64,000 nucleotides of DNA, taken from Chloroflexota bacterium. GTDB lineage: Bacteria > Chloroflexota > Dehalococcoidia > UBA2979. Positions 17,609-27,444 of the stretch are shown here, one piece after another. The position numbers and the translations under genes were made by a program. The notes beneath the pieces are model-generated. The model had not been told where the DNA came from. It searched no databases and saw nothing but the letters and a program-made list of their open reading frames with translations. Within the stretch, counting starts at the first letter, position 1; each line of letters begins with the position of its first letter. The stretch covers positions 91,357-155,356 of the forward strand of contig JAQCIU010000002.1 in assembly GCA_027593235.1 (NCBI GenBank). The letters are read 5' to 3'.

Positions 17609-18832
17609 ATGACATATCGACCCGCGCGTATGAAGTTCGGCATCTTCATGGCGCCGTTCCACCGCGCGTTTGAGAACCCGACGCTGGCACTGCAGCGAGA
17701 CATCGATCTGCTTGCACACATCGATCACCTCGGGTACGATGAGGCGTGGATCGGGGAGCACCACAGCGCGGCGCGAGAGACGATCGCGGACCCGGCGCTG
17801 TTCATCGCGGCGGCGGCCGAGCGGACGAAGCGCATCCGCCTCGGAACCGGCGTGACGAGCCTGCCGTACCACCACCCACTGATGGTCGCGGACAAGATGG
17901 TGCTGCTCGATCACCTCACGCACGGGCGGGCGATGCTCGGAGTCGGACCGGGCGTGCTCGCCTCGGACGCGCACATGCTGGGGCTCGATCCGACGAACCA
18001 GCGGCGAATGATGAACGAGTCGTTCGACGCGATCGTGCGGCTCCTGCGCGGTGAAACCGTGACGATGGAAACGGATTGGTTCACGCTTCGCGATGCGCGG
18101 CTTCAGCTCGCGAGCTACACGAAGCCGCACCTGGAGCTGGCGGTCGCGACCACTTCGACACCGTCGGGGCCGGGCGCTGCAGGCCGGCATGGCACGAGCC
18201 TGCTCTCGGTGGCGGGCGCGAGCCACGATTCGTTCTCGCAGACGTGGAGCTGGGTCGAGGAAGCCGCCGCTGAGCACGGGCAGACGGTGAGCCGCGACAA
18301 CTGGCGGGTGGTGACCACGATCCACGTCGCTGAGACGCGTGAGCAAGCGGTCGAGGACCTGCGGGTCGGTTACGCGACGCGGGCGTACCAGGGGGACCGG
18401 AAAGACCCAGAACGCGGTCTGCAGATCGGTGGACTCGCGCCCACGATCGAGGAAGAGATCGAGCAGAACGAGCACCTGATCGGGACGCCCGCGGACGTGA
18501 TCCGCGGCATCGAGGTGATCCAGGAACGGTCCGGCGGGATCGGCGGGATCCTCACGGTGATGCACGAGTGGGCGGACACCGCCGCGACGATGAAGAGCTA
18601 CGAACTCCTCGCGCGCTACGTGATGCCGCACTTCCAGGGACAGATCGAGGCGCTGACCGGCGCGCGCGACTGGTTCGAGGACAACCTGGGCGAGATCTTC
18701 GCGAAGGGCGGCGCCGGCCAGGTGCAGGCGTTCAAGGACGCAGGCAAGGAGATGCCGGCCGATCTCGCCGCGGCGCTCGAGCACGCGCAGGCATCACGCG
18801 GACGCACGGGCATCGACCCCCGCGGGATCTAG
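17609..18832 (+). CDS. LLM-class flavin-dependent monooxygenase (limonene monooxygenase-like)
   Basis: FGIFMAPFH, GYDEAWIGEHHS, IRLGTGVTSLPYHHP, LDHLTHGRAMLGVGPG. Confidence 0.92.
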   Translation: MTYRPARMKFGIFMAPFHRAFENPTLALQRDIDLLAHIDHLGYDEAWIGEHHSAARETIADPALFIAAAAERTKRIRLGTGVTSLPYHHPLMVADKMVLLDHLTHGRAMLGVGPGVLASDAHMLGLDPTNQRRMMNESFDAIVRLLRGETVTMETDWFTLRDARLQLASYTKPHLELAVATTSTPSGPGAAGRHGTSLLSVAGASHDSFSQTWSWVEEAAAEHGQTVSRDNWRVVTTIHVAETREQAVEDLRVGYATRAYQGDRKDPERGLQIGGLAPTIEEEIEQNEHLIGTPADVIRGIEVIQERSGGIGGILTVMHEWADTAATMKSYELLARYVMPHFQGQIEALTGARDWFEDNLGEIFAKGGAGQVQAFKDAGKEMPADLAAALEHAQASRGRTGIDPRGI

Positions 18833-18876
18833 ACGGGCGCGAACACAAGACACGAGACGAGTGAGCGAGGGAACCA

Positions 18877-19275
18877 ATGTTCAGCGGCATCGACCACGTG
18901 GTGATTTCGGTGAAGGACATGACCGAGAGCCTGGCGAAGTACCAGGCGATCTTCGGTCGCGAGGTGAGCCGGACCGGCGAGCCACCCGGAGCGGGGTTCC
19001 TGACCGCGCACTTTGACTTCGAGCCGACGACGGTAGAGCTGGTGCAGCCGACCGACGAAACCGGCCCGGTGGCGCGTCACCTGGAGCGGACCGGCGGCGG
19101 CGTGTACCTGATGGCGATGGCCGTCGCGGACATCGACGCAACGCTGGTGGATCTGCGCGCCAAGGGCGTGCGGTTGATTGGCGATCCCGGCGAGGGGAAT
19201 CCGGTCAAAGGGCAGGTGTTTGTCCACCCCTCGGAGACCGGTGGAGTGTTGATGCAGCTAGTACCTACGGGCTAA
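18877..19275 (+). CDS. VOC-family protein (methylmalonyl-CoA epimerase-like)
   Basis: IDHVVISV, VELVQP, VADIDATL, FVHPSETGGVLMQL. Some metal ligands appear substituted. Confidence 0.8.
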   Translation: MFSGIDHVVISVKDMTESLAKYQAIFGREVSRTGEPPGAGFLTAHFDFEPTTVELVQPTDETGPVARHLERTGGGVYLMAMAVADIDATLVDLRAKGVRLIGDPGEGNPVKGQVFVHPSETGGVLMQLVPTG

Positions 19276-19294
19276 GGCGCTCGCGCCCCGAGGC

Positions 19295-19636
19295 TTAGTC
19301 CGACAGCGGGACGAAGGCGCAGAGGCCACCCTTGCGGATGGTGGAGGTGTGGCCGTGGCCGGTGGTGTCCTCGGCCTGGAGCACGTCGCCGGCCTCCATC
19401 AGCACCGAGGTCCCGTCGCCGAGGCCGATTTCGACGCTGGCCGTCAGGTAGAGGACGTACTGGCGCCTCGGCGCCGGGTGGAAGTCAATGAAGCCGCCAT
19501 CCGGGCGCTGGATGAAGCTCACGCTGACCGCGTCCTGAGGGATCGTGCGGGTGCCGTCGCGCTCCGGGAATTCCGGGTGGATGACCTCGGTGTGGGATTC
19601 GTTGTCGGGTCCGGTGTAGACGCGGACGAATTTCAT
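19295..19636 (-). CDS. Cupin-domain protein
   Basis: YTGPDNESH, DFHPAPRRQY, AEDTTGHGH. Confidence 0.8.
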   Translation of the reverse strand: MKFVRVYTGPDNESHTEVIHPEFPERDGTRTIPQDAVSVSFIQRPDGGFIDFHPAPRRQYVLYLTASVEIGLGDGTSVLMEAGDVLQAEDTTGHGHTSTIRKGGLCAFVPLSD

Positions 19637-19758
19637 CGAGGGCTCCTCGTGGGCGGACCGTTCGCTCGGAGTGTGGAGCCTAAGCGAATCGTGTCGCGCG
19701 CGGGAGCCTGACTGGATACCGTGCGATCCGCGCGCAACGGGCCAATCGGGGAGCTGAC

Positions 19759-20940
19759 GTGGACACGATCTCGAAGCTGACGCATGTGGAGTGCTCGATC
19801 TGCGGGGAGTGGCACGATCCCGAGGTGGTGCAGACGATCTGCAACGCGTGCGGGCGGGCGCTGGTGGCGCGCTATGACCTCGAGGCGGCGAAGGCGACGT
19901 TTACGCGGGAAGCGCTGGGGCGGCGTGTCGCCTCGATGTGGCGCTACGAGGAGCTGATGCCGGTCCGACAGGCCGAGCACGTGATCACGCTGGGCGAGGG
20001 GATGACGGCGCTGCTTCCCACGCCGCGCCTCGGTGGAACCGTGGGTGCCTCGGACCTGTGGGTGAAGGACGAGGGGTCGAACCCGACGGGGACGTTCAAA
20101 GCGCGCGGGATCTCTGCGGCGCTGTCGAAGGCGGTCGAGCTCGGGGTCACCGAGGTTGGCATGCCGACCGCGGGGAACGCCGGAGCGGCGACCGCGGCGT
20201 ACGCGGCCCGCGCCGGGATCAAGGCGCACGTCGCGATGCCCTCGGACACGCCCGTCGCGATGATGGACGAGGTGCGGACCTACGGCGGGACGCTGAAGCT
20301 GGTCGACGGGCTGATCTCGGACGCCGGAGCGTGGATCGCGGCTCAGGCGGCGGAGCTGGGTTGGTTCGCGATGGCGACGTTGAAGGAGCCGTACCGCGTC
20401 GAGGGCAAGAAGACGATGGGCTTCGAGCTGTGGGAGCAGTTCGACGGCCAGTTGCCAGACGCGATTCTTTACCCGACCGGTGGCGGCACCGGCCTGATCG
20501 GCATGTGGAAGGCGTTCGCGGAGCTGGAGGCGATGGGGCTAATCGGCGCGGAGCGGCCTCGGATGATCGTCGTGCAGTCCGAGGGGTGTGCGCCGATCGT
20601 GCGGGCGTACGAAGCGGGCGCAGCGCGGGCGGAGCCGTGGGAGAACGCGACGACGATCGCACCCGGCATTCGGGTGCCCTCGGCGTTTGCGGACGACCTG
20701 ATCTTGCAGTCGGTCCGCGAATCCGGCGGCGACGCGATCACGGTGAGCGATGACGAGATCCGGACGGCGATCCTGGAGATCACCCGTGCCGAGGGGATCG
20801 ACGTGTGTCCGGAGGGCGCGGCGACATTCGCGGGGATGCGCAAGCTGATCGCCGGCGGGCGGCTGGATGCGGACTCGCGGATCGTGCTGTTCAACACCGG
20901 AACGGGCCTGAAGCACCCCGAGCTGCGCGTTACCTCGTAG
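19759..20940 (+). CDS. thrC: Threonine synthase family PLP enzyme
   Basis: N-terminal CxxC...CxxC, TLGEGMT, KDEGSNPTGTFKARG (PLP Lys), TAGNAG, YPTGGGTG, FNTGTGLK. Confidence 0.88.
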   Translation: MDTISKLTHVECSICGEWHDPEVVQTICNACGRALVARYDLEAAKATFTREALGRRVASMWRYEELMPVRQAEHVITLGEGMTALLPTPRLGGTVGASDLWVKDEGSNPTGTFKARGISAALSKAVELGVTEVGMPTAGNAGAATAAYAARAGIKAHVAMPSDTPVAMMDEVRTYGGTLKLVDGLISDAGAWIAAQAAELGWFAMATLKEPYRVEGKKTMGFELWEQFDGQLPDAILYPTGGGTGLIGMWKAFAELEAMGLIGAERPRMIVVQSEGCAPIVRAYEAGAARAEPWENATTIAPGIRVPSAFADDLILQSVRESGGDAITVSDDEIRTAILEITRAEGIDVCPEGAATFAGMRKLIAGGRLDADSRIVLFNTGTGLKHPELRVTS

Positions 20941-20998
20941 CCACCGGGGGTTCGGCGAGGAGCGGCTCCGGCCGCCAACGCGCCGCGTCGCAACTGGG

Positions 20999-21442
20999 CT
21001 AAACGGTCACGACGCGGCGGTGAATCTCCGCGGTGAGCTGATGGATTGTTTCGGTCAGCGCTGCCACCTGGCGGGTGAGTTCGGTGTTCTGCTCCAGCAG
21101 TTGCAGGGTCGATGCGGCGATCGCTTCGCGGTGAGCGGCATCTGATTGTGACCGCGCGTGATCGCGATCAGCCTCGCGGGTTTCGGCCAGCAGGATCAGC
21201 GGCGCGGCGTAAGCGGCCTGAAAACTGAACGCGAGGTTCAACAGGATGAACGGGTACGGATCGAAGCTCGATCCGGCCGCGGCATTCCAGATGATCCAGC
21301 CCACGACCAGAAACGTCTGGCCGATCAGGAAATACGGCGTGCCGAAGGCGCGCGCGAACCACTCCGCGGAGACGCCGAAACGGTCAGCACCGAACGGGCT
21401 GGTGAGGCGCGGATGTGGCGGATGGAAACGAACGTGACTCAT
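20999..21442 (-). CDS. DUF1003 membrane protein
   Basis: FDPYPFILLNLAFSFQAAYAAPLILLA signature with a C-terminal coiled coil; RBS GAGGAG before ATG 21442. Confidence 0.9.
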   Translation of the reverse strand: MSHVRFHPPHPRLTSPFGADRFGVSAEWFARAFGTPYFLIGQTFLVVGWIIWNAAAGSSFDPYPFILLNLAFSFQAAYAAPLILLAETREADRDHARSQSDAAHREAIAASTLQLLEQNTELTRQVAALTETIHQLTAEIHRRVVTV

Positions 21443-21915
21443 CGCTGACTCCTCGAATGCGGCTAGCCGGACGGTCGCTGCGTGACCGCAGGGTCGCGGC
21501 GGGTGCGGCGGCTCGATCGTGACACGCAAGGCGCTGTGGCATAGGGGCTGGCTCCGGGGGCAGCCACGCGAGGTGACGGGCGCTGGCGGCGGGCGTGCGC
21601 CATCCGTCAGAAACCTTGCGATTCGGCATGGTTGTGGCGACGGCGTCGCGGAGACGTTCCGGGGAGCCGATGGTCAGAGCGTGAGCTTTCACGTCGCGGC
21701 ATGGACGGCGCGCGACGCTATGACGGGCGCAGGATGCGAAGAGGAATGTGCGCGCTTCGCAGCAGTGCGGGGCCATTGTGGTTCGCGCGATTCGCTTCCC
21801 GGGCGAACGTAGGCGAACACGCCCCGGGGCAGCCGTTCATACCCGACAGCCTTGCCCTGACAGTCCCCCTCGGGCGAGCGCCGCGCGCCCCACTGCCTCG
21901 CGAGCGGGCCGGCTG

Positions 21916-23760
21916 ATGCACGACCGACTCGCTCGGCAATTGCGCGCGCTGGGTATCGAGCCCGAATCCGCGCGGCCGCCTGCCTCCGATCTGGCGGCGC
22001 TGCTGGCGGAGGTCGACGAGGCCTACGTCGCGGCGGATGAGGAACGAGCGGGGCTGCTCCGTGAGTTGAGCCGGGCAGCCGAGCAGATGCGCCTGCTCTA
22101 CGTGGAGCAGCAGCAAGCGACCGAGCAACGCTACGAAGAGCTGTTCGAGAACGCCCACGACATCATCGTGACGATCGGCCTCGATGGCGCGGTTACCTCG
22201 GCGAACCGCGCGTGCGAACGGCTGACGGGCTATACGCGCACGGAGCTGATCGGGCGGCAGTGGCGCTCGCTGGTTGCCCGGGACGATCAGGGAGTCGCGG
22301 ACGAGATGTTCGCGCGCCAGTTCGGACTGGACGACGGGGAGCTGCGCTACGAGCTGCGCATGGCAACTCGCCGTGGCCGGCGTGTCCCGATCGAGGTGAT
22401 CAGCCGGCCGCTGGTCAGTAACGGCAATCCCTACGAGGTGCTGGCGGTTGGCCGCGATGTCAGCGAGCGACTGGAGCATGAACGACACCTGCAGCGAATG
22501 GCGACCCACGACATGCTCACCGGCCTCGCGAACCGGAGCTTGCTGGAAGAGGAGCTGTTTACGGCGGTTGCTTCCGCCGCGCGAGGCCAGCAAGCGGCGT
22601 TGATGCTGATCGACGTCGACAACTTCAAGGCCGTCAACGACACGCTGGGGCATGGCGCGGGTGACCAGGTGCTGGTGGTGGTGGCCGGGCTGTTGCGACG
22701 GAGCACGCCGGGCGCGCTGGTGGCTCGGCTTTCTGCGGACGAGTTCGCGGTCTTGATGCGAAATCGGACGGTGGACGAGGCGCTCACCAGCGCGGAACGG
22801 TTCCGAAACGCACTCCAGCAAACAGACCTGAGCGTCGAGGGCAAGCTGTGGTACCTCAGCGCCAGCGTGGGTGTCGCGACGATCGATGCCACCTCGACCG
22901 TCACCGGGGTGCTGGCGGAGGCTGACGCGGCGATGCAGGCGGCAAAGCAACAGGGCCGGAACCGGGTGATCTGGTCTGGAACGTTGGAGACGGATCGGAC
23001 GCCGCATGACAGCGCGCACCGGCAAGCCTCGCTGGTACGGAACGCCCTGAGCGACGATCGTGTGGAGGTCTACTACCAGCCGATCGTCGACCTCGCGACC
23101 TCCGAGGTGAGCCACCATGAGGTGCTGGCGCGCATTCGTATGGCGAATGGGGAGCTGGCTCAGCCGGGGCTCTTCATGGCAGCGGCCGAGCAGTTTGGTC
23201 TGATTGCGCAGCTCGATGCGCGTGTCGCCCGGATCGCACTCGAGCGCCTGCGTCGAGAGCCGGATCTCCGGCTGTTCATCAACCTGTCATCGTTGAGTCT
23301 CCGCGATCAGCAACTGTTCGCGGATCTGGCAACGACGCTGGCGCAAGAGCCAGCGCTCGGCGCCCAACTCGGCATCGAGATCACCGAGACGGCGGCGGTG
23401 CAGGAGATCGGACTGGCGCAACGCTGGATCGAGATGCTGCGTGGCTACGGCTGCCGCGTCGCGCTCGATGACTTCGGGACCGGGTTCAACTCGCTGACCC
23501 TGGTGAAGGAGCTTCCGGTCACGGAGATCAAGATCGACGGATCGTTCGTGCGGTCGATCGCGACCGACCCGCACCAGCGCGCGGTCGTCGCCGCGATCAA
23601 GGTGCTGGCCGATGGGCTGGGGATGGAAACGGTCGCGGAACAGATCGAGACGGCGGAACAGCTCGCGATCGTGCGGGAGCTCGGGATTACATACGGGCAG
23701 GGCTTCCTGCTGGGTCGGCCGGTTCCGTGTGAACCGCCGGCGGACGCGGCCGCCGCCTAA
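21916..23760 (+). CDS. PAS-GGDEF-EAL c-di-GMP enzyme, probably a phosphodiesterase
   Basis: PAS (YEELFENAHD, LTGY), HDMLTGLANR, DNFKAVND, degenerate SADEF, EVL, EITET, DDFGTG, KIDGSFV, QGFLLGRP. Confidence 0.92.
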   Translation: MHDRLARQLRALGIEPESARPPASDLAALLAEVDEAYVAADEERAGLLRELSRAAEQMRLLYVEQQQATEQRYEELFENAHDIIVTIGLDGAVTSANRACERLTGYTRTELIGRQWRSLVARDDQGVADEMFARQFGLDDGELRYELRMATRRGRRVPIEVISRPLVSNGNPYEVLAVGRDVSERLEHERHLQRMATHDMLTGLANRSLLEEELFTAVASAARGQQAALMLIDVDNFKAVNDTLGHGAGDQVLVVVAGLLRRSTPGALVARLSADEFAVLMRNRTVDEALTSAERFRNALQQTDLSVEGKLWYLSASVGVATIDATSTVTGVLAEADAAMQAAKQQGRNRVIWSGTLETDRTPHDSAHRQASLVRNALSDDRVEVYYQPIVDLATSEVSHHEVLARIRMANGELAQPGLFMAAAEQFGLIAQLDARVARIALERLRREPDLRLFINLSSLSLRDQQLFADLATTLAQEPALGAQLGIEITETAAVQEIGLAQRWIEMLRGYGCRVALDDFGTGFNSLTLVKELPVTEIKIDGSFVRSIATDPHQRAVVAAIKVLADGLGMETVAEQIETAEQLAIVRELGITYGQGFLLGRPVPCEPPADAAAA

Positions 23761-24395
23761 CCGGCGCTCGAGCCGGTGCTGGCAGCGCTGGCGCTTGCGG
23801 CCGGCTGTGACCACCTCGTGACCAGCAGCGCCGCCACCGCGGAGCCGATCGTGCCAAGCGCGAGATCGCCGAGGGTGTCCTCGTAAGCCGTCGCGAGTTC
23901 CGGTGAGTTGCGGATGAAGGCGACGTACTCCGCAAGCTCCCAGCCGATCGCGGTCACCGCACCAAACCCGATCACCAGGCCGGCGAGCTGCCAGCCGGCG
24001 AGGTTCGCTCGTGGCACGAGCAGGCCGGCGCAACCCGAGAGCAACGCCCAGTTGAAGAAGTGATTGGCGTCATCCCACCAGGCGAGGGTGTCGTAGAGAT
24101 CGGCGGCATTGCCCGCGACATCGATCAGGAACGGCGCCGTAATCAGGATGTCGGACAGCGCCGGGAACGGTCGCCGTCCGGCAATCCGCCAGGCGACCGG
24201 GAGTACGAGGACGGCGACGGGGTAGGCGATCAGCCGGCCGCCGAACGCCTTGCCCTCGAACTGCTGTAGCCCGCTGAACGCTCCGACCGCCAGCAGCACG
24301 ACGAGCGCGAGCTTGAGCGCGATATCGAGGGTGAGGAGCGGGCCGATGCGTGTCATCGGCGGAGTGTCGGCGGTGCGTGTTGATTGCGCCATCAT
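23757..24395 (-). CDS. Integral membrane protein (DUF2238-like)
   Basis: Multiple TMs with LYDTLAWWDDANHF, WELAEY and YEDTLGDL motifs. Confidence 0.75.
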   Translation of the reverse strand: MMAQSTRTADTPPMTRIGPLLTLDIALKLALVVLLAVGAFSGLQQFEGKAFGGRLIAYPVAVLVLPVAWRIAGRRPFPALSDILITAPFLIDVAGNAADLYDTLAWWDDANHFFNWALLSGCAGLLVPRANLAGWQLAGLVIGFGAVTAIGWELAEYVAFIRNSPELATAYEDTLGDLALGTIGSAVAALLVTRWSQPAASASAASTGSSAG

Positions 24396-24436
24396 GCCCG
24401 GTCGGAGGCTCGCCTGGGTTCAGGTCGGTTACTGGC

Positions 24437-24472
24437 GAAAACATCACACATCACACATAGCACGATGTTTTC
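24437..24472. promoter_or_regulatory. Inverted repeat GAAAACATC-N18-GATGTTTTC in a divergent promoter region
   Basis: Perfect 9-bp inverted repeat enclosing the direct repeat CATCACA-CATCACA; AT-rich patch upstream of the bcsA-like gene. Confidence 0.45.
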
Positions 24473-24632
24473 AGCCGCGCAGACAGGCACCTGTGTGCAT
24501 CGCAGGAATGGCGCCCGTTCAGGGTTTACGGGGCCTTTCGACACTCGGACTGCATGAGATGACCGTTTGAGGCGGGAGCACCTGAAACCGATCCTCCGAT
24601 TTCCCCATGACCGTGGACACGCCGCCAATGCG

Positions 24633-26567
24633 ATGGCGGCGAACGACGCGCGGTCTCGTCCGTACTTCGCACGGGAACGTGCTGCGCTCCCCGAATTCCT
24701 CGGTGGTCAGCGCCCCGCTCCGGAATCACGCGCGCGACAGACGCTGATCCGAGGGATGGCGTTGCTGACGCTGCTCGTCACGTTCTCGTACCTCACCTGG
24801 CGCATCAATTCGACCGTCGACCTCAGCGTGTGGTGGGTCTCAATCCCACTGCTGTTCGCAGAGATCCACAGCGCGATCGGGATGGTGCTGTACACAGTGA
24901 GCTTGTGGGACCTCGATGGCGGCCCGGCCTGGCGCGCCGTCGAGGAACCGCCCGGGCGTGTGGCGGTGCTGCTGCCGACCTACCAGGAACCGGTCGAGGT
25001 GCTGTTGCCCTCGATCGCCGCGGCGGTCGCGATGCCCGTCCTGCACGAGACCTGGGTCCTCGACGACGGCAATCGTCCCGAGGTGAAGCAGCTCGCCGAG
25101 GATCTGGGCGCGCGCTATATCGCACGTCCCGAGCACGTCCACGCCAAGGCGGGCAACCTCAACTACGCGATCGAGCGCATCCCGGCGGACTTCTACGCGT
25201 TCTTCGACGCGGATCACGTCGCGCAGCCGGACTTCCTGCGGCACACGCTCGCCTACTTCGATGATCCGCAGGTCTCGATGGTCCAGACGCCACAGGACTT
25301 CTACAACCTCGAGTCGTTCGAGCACCAGGGTGTGACGCAGTCGGATCGTCGTCCGTACAACGAGGAGTCGGTCTTCTACCGCGTGATCGCGCCTGGCAAG
25401 AACCGCTGGCAGGCGGCGTTCTGGTGTGGCACCGGTGCGGTGCTCCGCGCGACCGCCCTGCGCGAAGTGGGGCTGGTGGCGACGGATTCCGTCACCGAGG
25501 ACATCCAGACGACGCTGCGGATGAACGCGCTTGGCTGGAAAGCGGTCTACCACAACGAGGTGTTGGCTCGCGGTCTGGCTCCGAATAACGCATCGCAGTA
25601 CATGCTGCAGCGCCACCGCTGGGCAATCGGCGCGATGCAGGTGCTCCGCCAGGAGCGTCCGCTGACCGCACCGGGAATGACGCTCGCTCAGCGAGTGGCG
25701 TTCGCGACCACGCTGATGGGCTGGTTCGATTCCTGGCGCACCCTCGCGTTTATCGTGATCCCGATCGCGGTCGTGTTTACGGGCGCATCGCCGATCGCGG
25801 CCGAGGGTTGGGTCTACGGGCCGGCGTTCCTCACCACGTTCCTGCTGCAGTTCGTTACGCTGCGCCTGTTGGCGCGGGGCTACTACCCCCCGATCGCTTC
25901 GCTGATGTTCGAGATGTTGCGGCTGCCGGCCGTGCTGCCAGCCACGCTGGCGCTGATCACCGGCGGCCGAGGCGTGCGGTTCATGCCGACGCCGAAGGGT
26001 GCATCCGCGACGCGGGCGCGCACGCCGGTTCCGATGCTCCATCGCGTGCTGCTGGCCGGCTGCGCGCTCGGCATCGGTTGGTACCCGGCGACCGCGCTCG
26101 GCTGGACGCCAGTGAGCTACGCGGAGCTGCCGGCGGCGACGGGTGCGCTCTTCTTCCTGGGGATGAACACGGCGCTGCTGTTAATGGCGGTCCGACGAAT
26201 CCGCGATCCGCGGTTCGCCGGAAACCGTCGGGCCTCGGTGCGCTTCTCGGTGCGGCTGTTCGGGGCCTACGGCGGGCTGCGCTGCGAGATCGAAGACCTG
26301 TCGCCGACAGGGGCACAGGCACTGCTGATGGACGCTGCCACCGCCGTGATCGCGCATGAGGCTGAGCTGGACGTCGTGCTTCCAGACGGTGCGGTGGCCC
26401 GCGTGACCTGCACCGTCAAGCGCCGTATTCAGCGCGCCGACGGCATCGAGCTGGGCCTTGAGTTCGACCCAACGCAGCGGTCGGCCGCCGCCGTGCTGGC
26501 GCTGTCGCTGCTACACCGCCGACAGACGGGCCAGGAGCTGGGCGTCGCGTTCCCGACGGCTGCCTAG
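24633..26567 (+). CDS. bcsA: Cellulose synthase-like GT2 with C-terminal PilZ domain
   Basis: PTYQE, LDDG, HAKAGN, FDAD, QTPQ, FWCGT, TED, QRHRW; PilZ RRASVR and DLSPTG; N- and C-terminal TMs. Start uncertain. Confidence 0.88.
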   Translation: MAANDARSRPYFARERAALPEFLGGQRPAPESRARQTLIRGMALLTLLVTFSYLTWRINSTVDLSVWWVSIPLLFAEIHSAIGMVLYTVSLWDLDGGPAWRAVEEPPGRVAVLLPTYQEPVEVLLPSIAAAVAMPVLHETWVLDDGNRPEVKQLAEDLGARYIARPEHVHAKAGNLNYAIERIPADFYAFFDADHVAQPDFLRHTLAYFDDPQVSMVQTPQDFYNLESFEHQGVTQSDRRPYNEESVFYRVIAPGKNRWQAAFWCGTGAVLRATALREVGLVATDSVTEDIQTTLRMNALGWKAVYHNEVLARGLAPNNASQYMLQRHRWAIGAMQVLRQERPLTAPGMTLAQRVAFATTLMGWFDSWRTLAFIVIPIAVVFTGASPIAAEGWVYGPAFLTTFLLQFVTLRLLARGYYPPIASLMFEMLRLPAVLPATLALITGGRGVRFMPTPKGASATRARTPVPMLHRVLLAGCALGIGWYPATALGWTPVSYAELPAATGALFFLGMNTALLLMAVRRIRDPRFAGNRRASVRFSVRLFGAYGGLRCEIEDLSPTGAQALLMDAATAVIAHEAELDVVLPDGAVARVTCTVKRRIQRADGIELGLEFDPTQRSAAAVLALSLLHRRQTGQELGVAFPTAA

Positions 26568-26607
26568 CCGCCGTCCTAACTTCGGCCGGCAGCCGGGGGT
26601 TTGCGCC

Positions 26608-27444
26608 CTAGTAGCGACCCTCGGCGAGGTTGATGCGCCGCGGGTCGAGGTAGCGCAGCATCCGCAGCTCCTCCTCCGAGGGCGCCTCGATAGTTTCGAG
26701 GTCCTCCGCCACCAGTAACGGCCAGGGGAGGATCGCATCGATGACATCGGGCTCGATGCCAGGGAAGAGCTTGCGCAGCCGAAGCTGGCAACTCCCGGTG
26801 GCACCTCGATCGTCGGTGTCGAAGTCGAAGACGCCCATTGTCGTGACGACGAGGTTCGGCCCCTGCGGATCGAGGCCGGCGGCCGCGCGGGCGCCGGGGC
26901 CAGAGATGTAGCCGGGGCTGGTGAGGAACGAGACGCGCTCGGGGAACCGCCGCGGCTCGAGTGACATCACGGTCAGCACCCGCGGGGCGAGACAGGCCGC
27001 GTCCGTGTTGCCGCCAGTTCCTCGGAAGCGGGTCTCGGGGTGGAAGCGGTCGTCACCGATCATCAGCGCGTTGAGGTTGCCGTAGCGGTCGATCTGAGCG
27101 CCGCCCAAGATCGCGAGGTCGACACGACCGCCCATCAGGAGCGAGCAGAGAGTGTCGACCATGTCGCCGACGTAGGCGGCGCCACGGTTGAGGATCGGGT
27201 CGGCGATGCCGTTCGGGGCGTGATCGACCTCCGAGGCGGGCGGGTCCCAGTCCATCACGCCAACCTCGGTGCAGTAGATCAGCGCCGGGTCGTGGTGGAG
27301 CTTCGCGAGCGTGGTGGTGAAGACCGGAAGCCCGAGACCGACGAAAGCGACGCCCGCCCCTGCCGTCTCGCGCGCGGCCTGGATGCACATCAGCTCGACG
27401 AGGGAGTAGTCGGTCGCGCGCGGACTCGGGTGCGTGCTGGTCAC
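26608..27444 (-). CDS. Class I CoA-transferase beta subunit (glutaconate CoA-transferase B-like)
   Basis: FVGLGLP, CTEVG (catalytic Glu), GGAQIDRYGNLN, GTGG, FLTSPG; its GTG overlaps the stop of the alpha subunit. Confidence 0.88.
   Translation of the reverse strand: MTSTHPSPRATDYSLVELMCIQAARETAGAGVAFVGLGLPVFTTTLAKLHHDPALIYCTEVGVMDWDPPASEVDHAPNGIADPILNRGAAYVGDMVDTLCSLLMGGRVDLAILGGAQIDRYGNLNALMIGDDRFHPETRFRGTGGNTDAACLAPRVLTVMSLEPRRFPERVSFLTSPGYISGPGARAAAGLDPQGPNLVVTTMGVFDFDTDDRGATGSCQLRLRKLFPGIEPDVIDAILPWPLLVAEDLETIEAPSEEELRMLRYLDPRRINLAEGRY

Noticed and set aside
21443-21915. Possible c-di-GMP riboswitch in the long leader of the PAS-GGDEF-EAL gene
   Set aside because: No GEMM-I/II consensus features recognisable by eye; needs an Infernal search.
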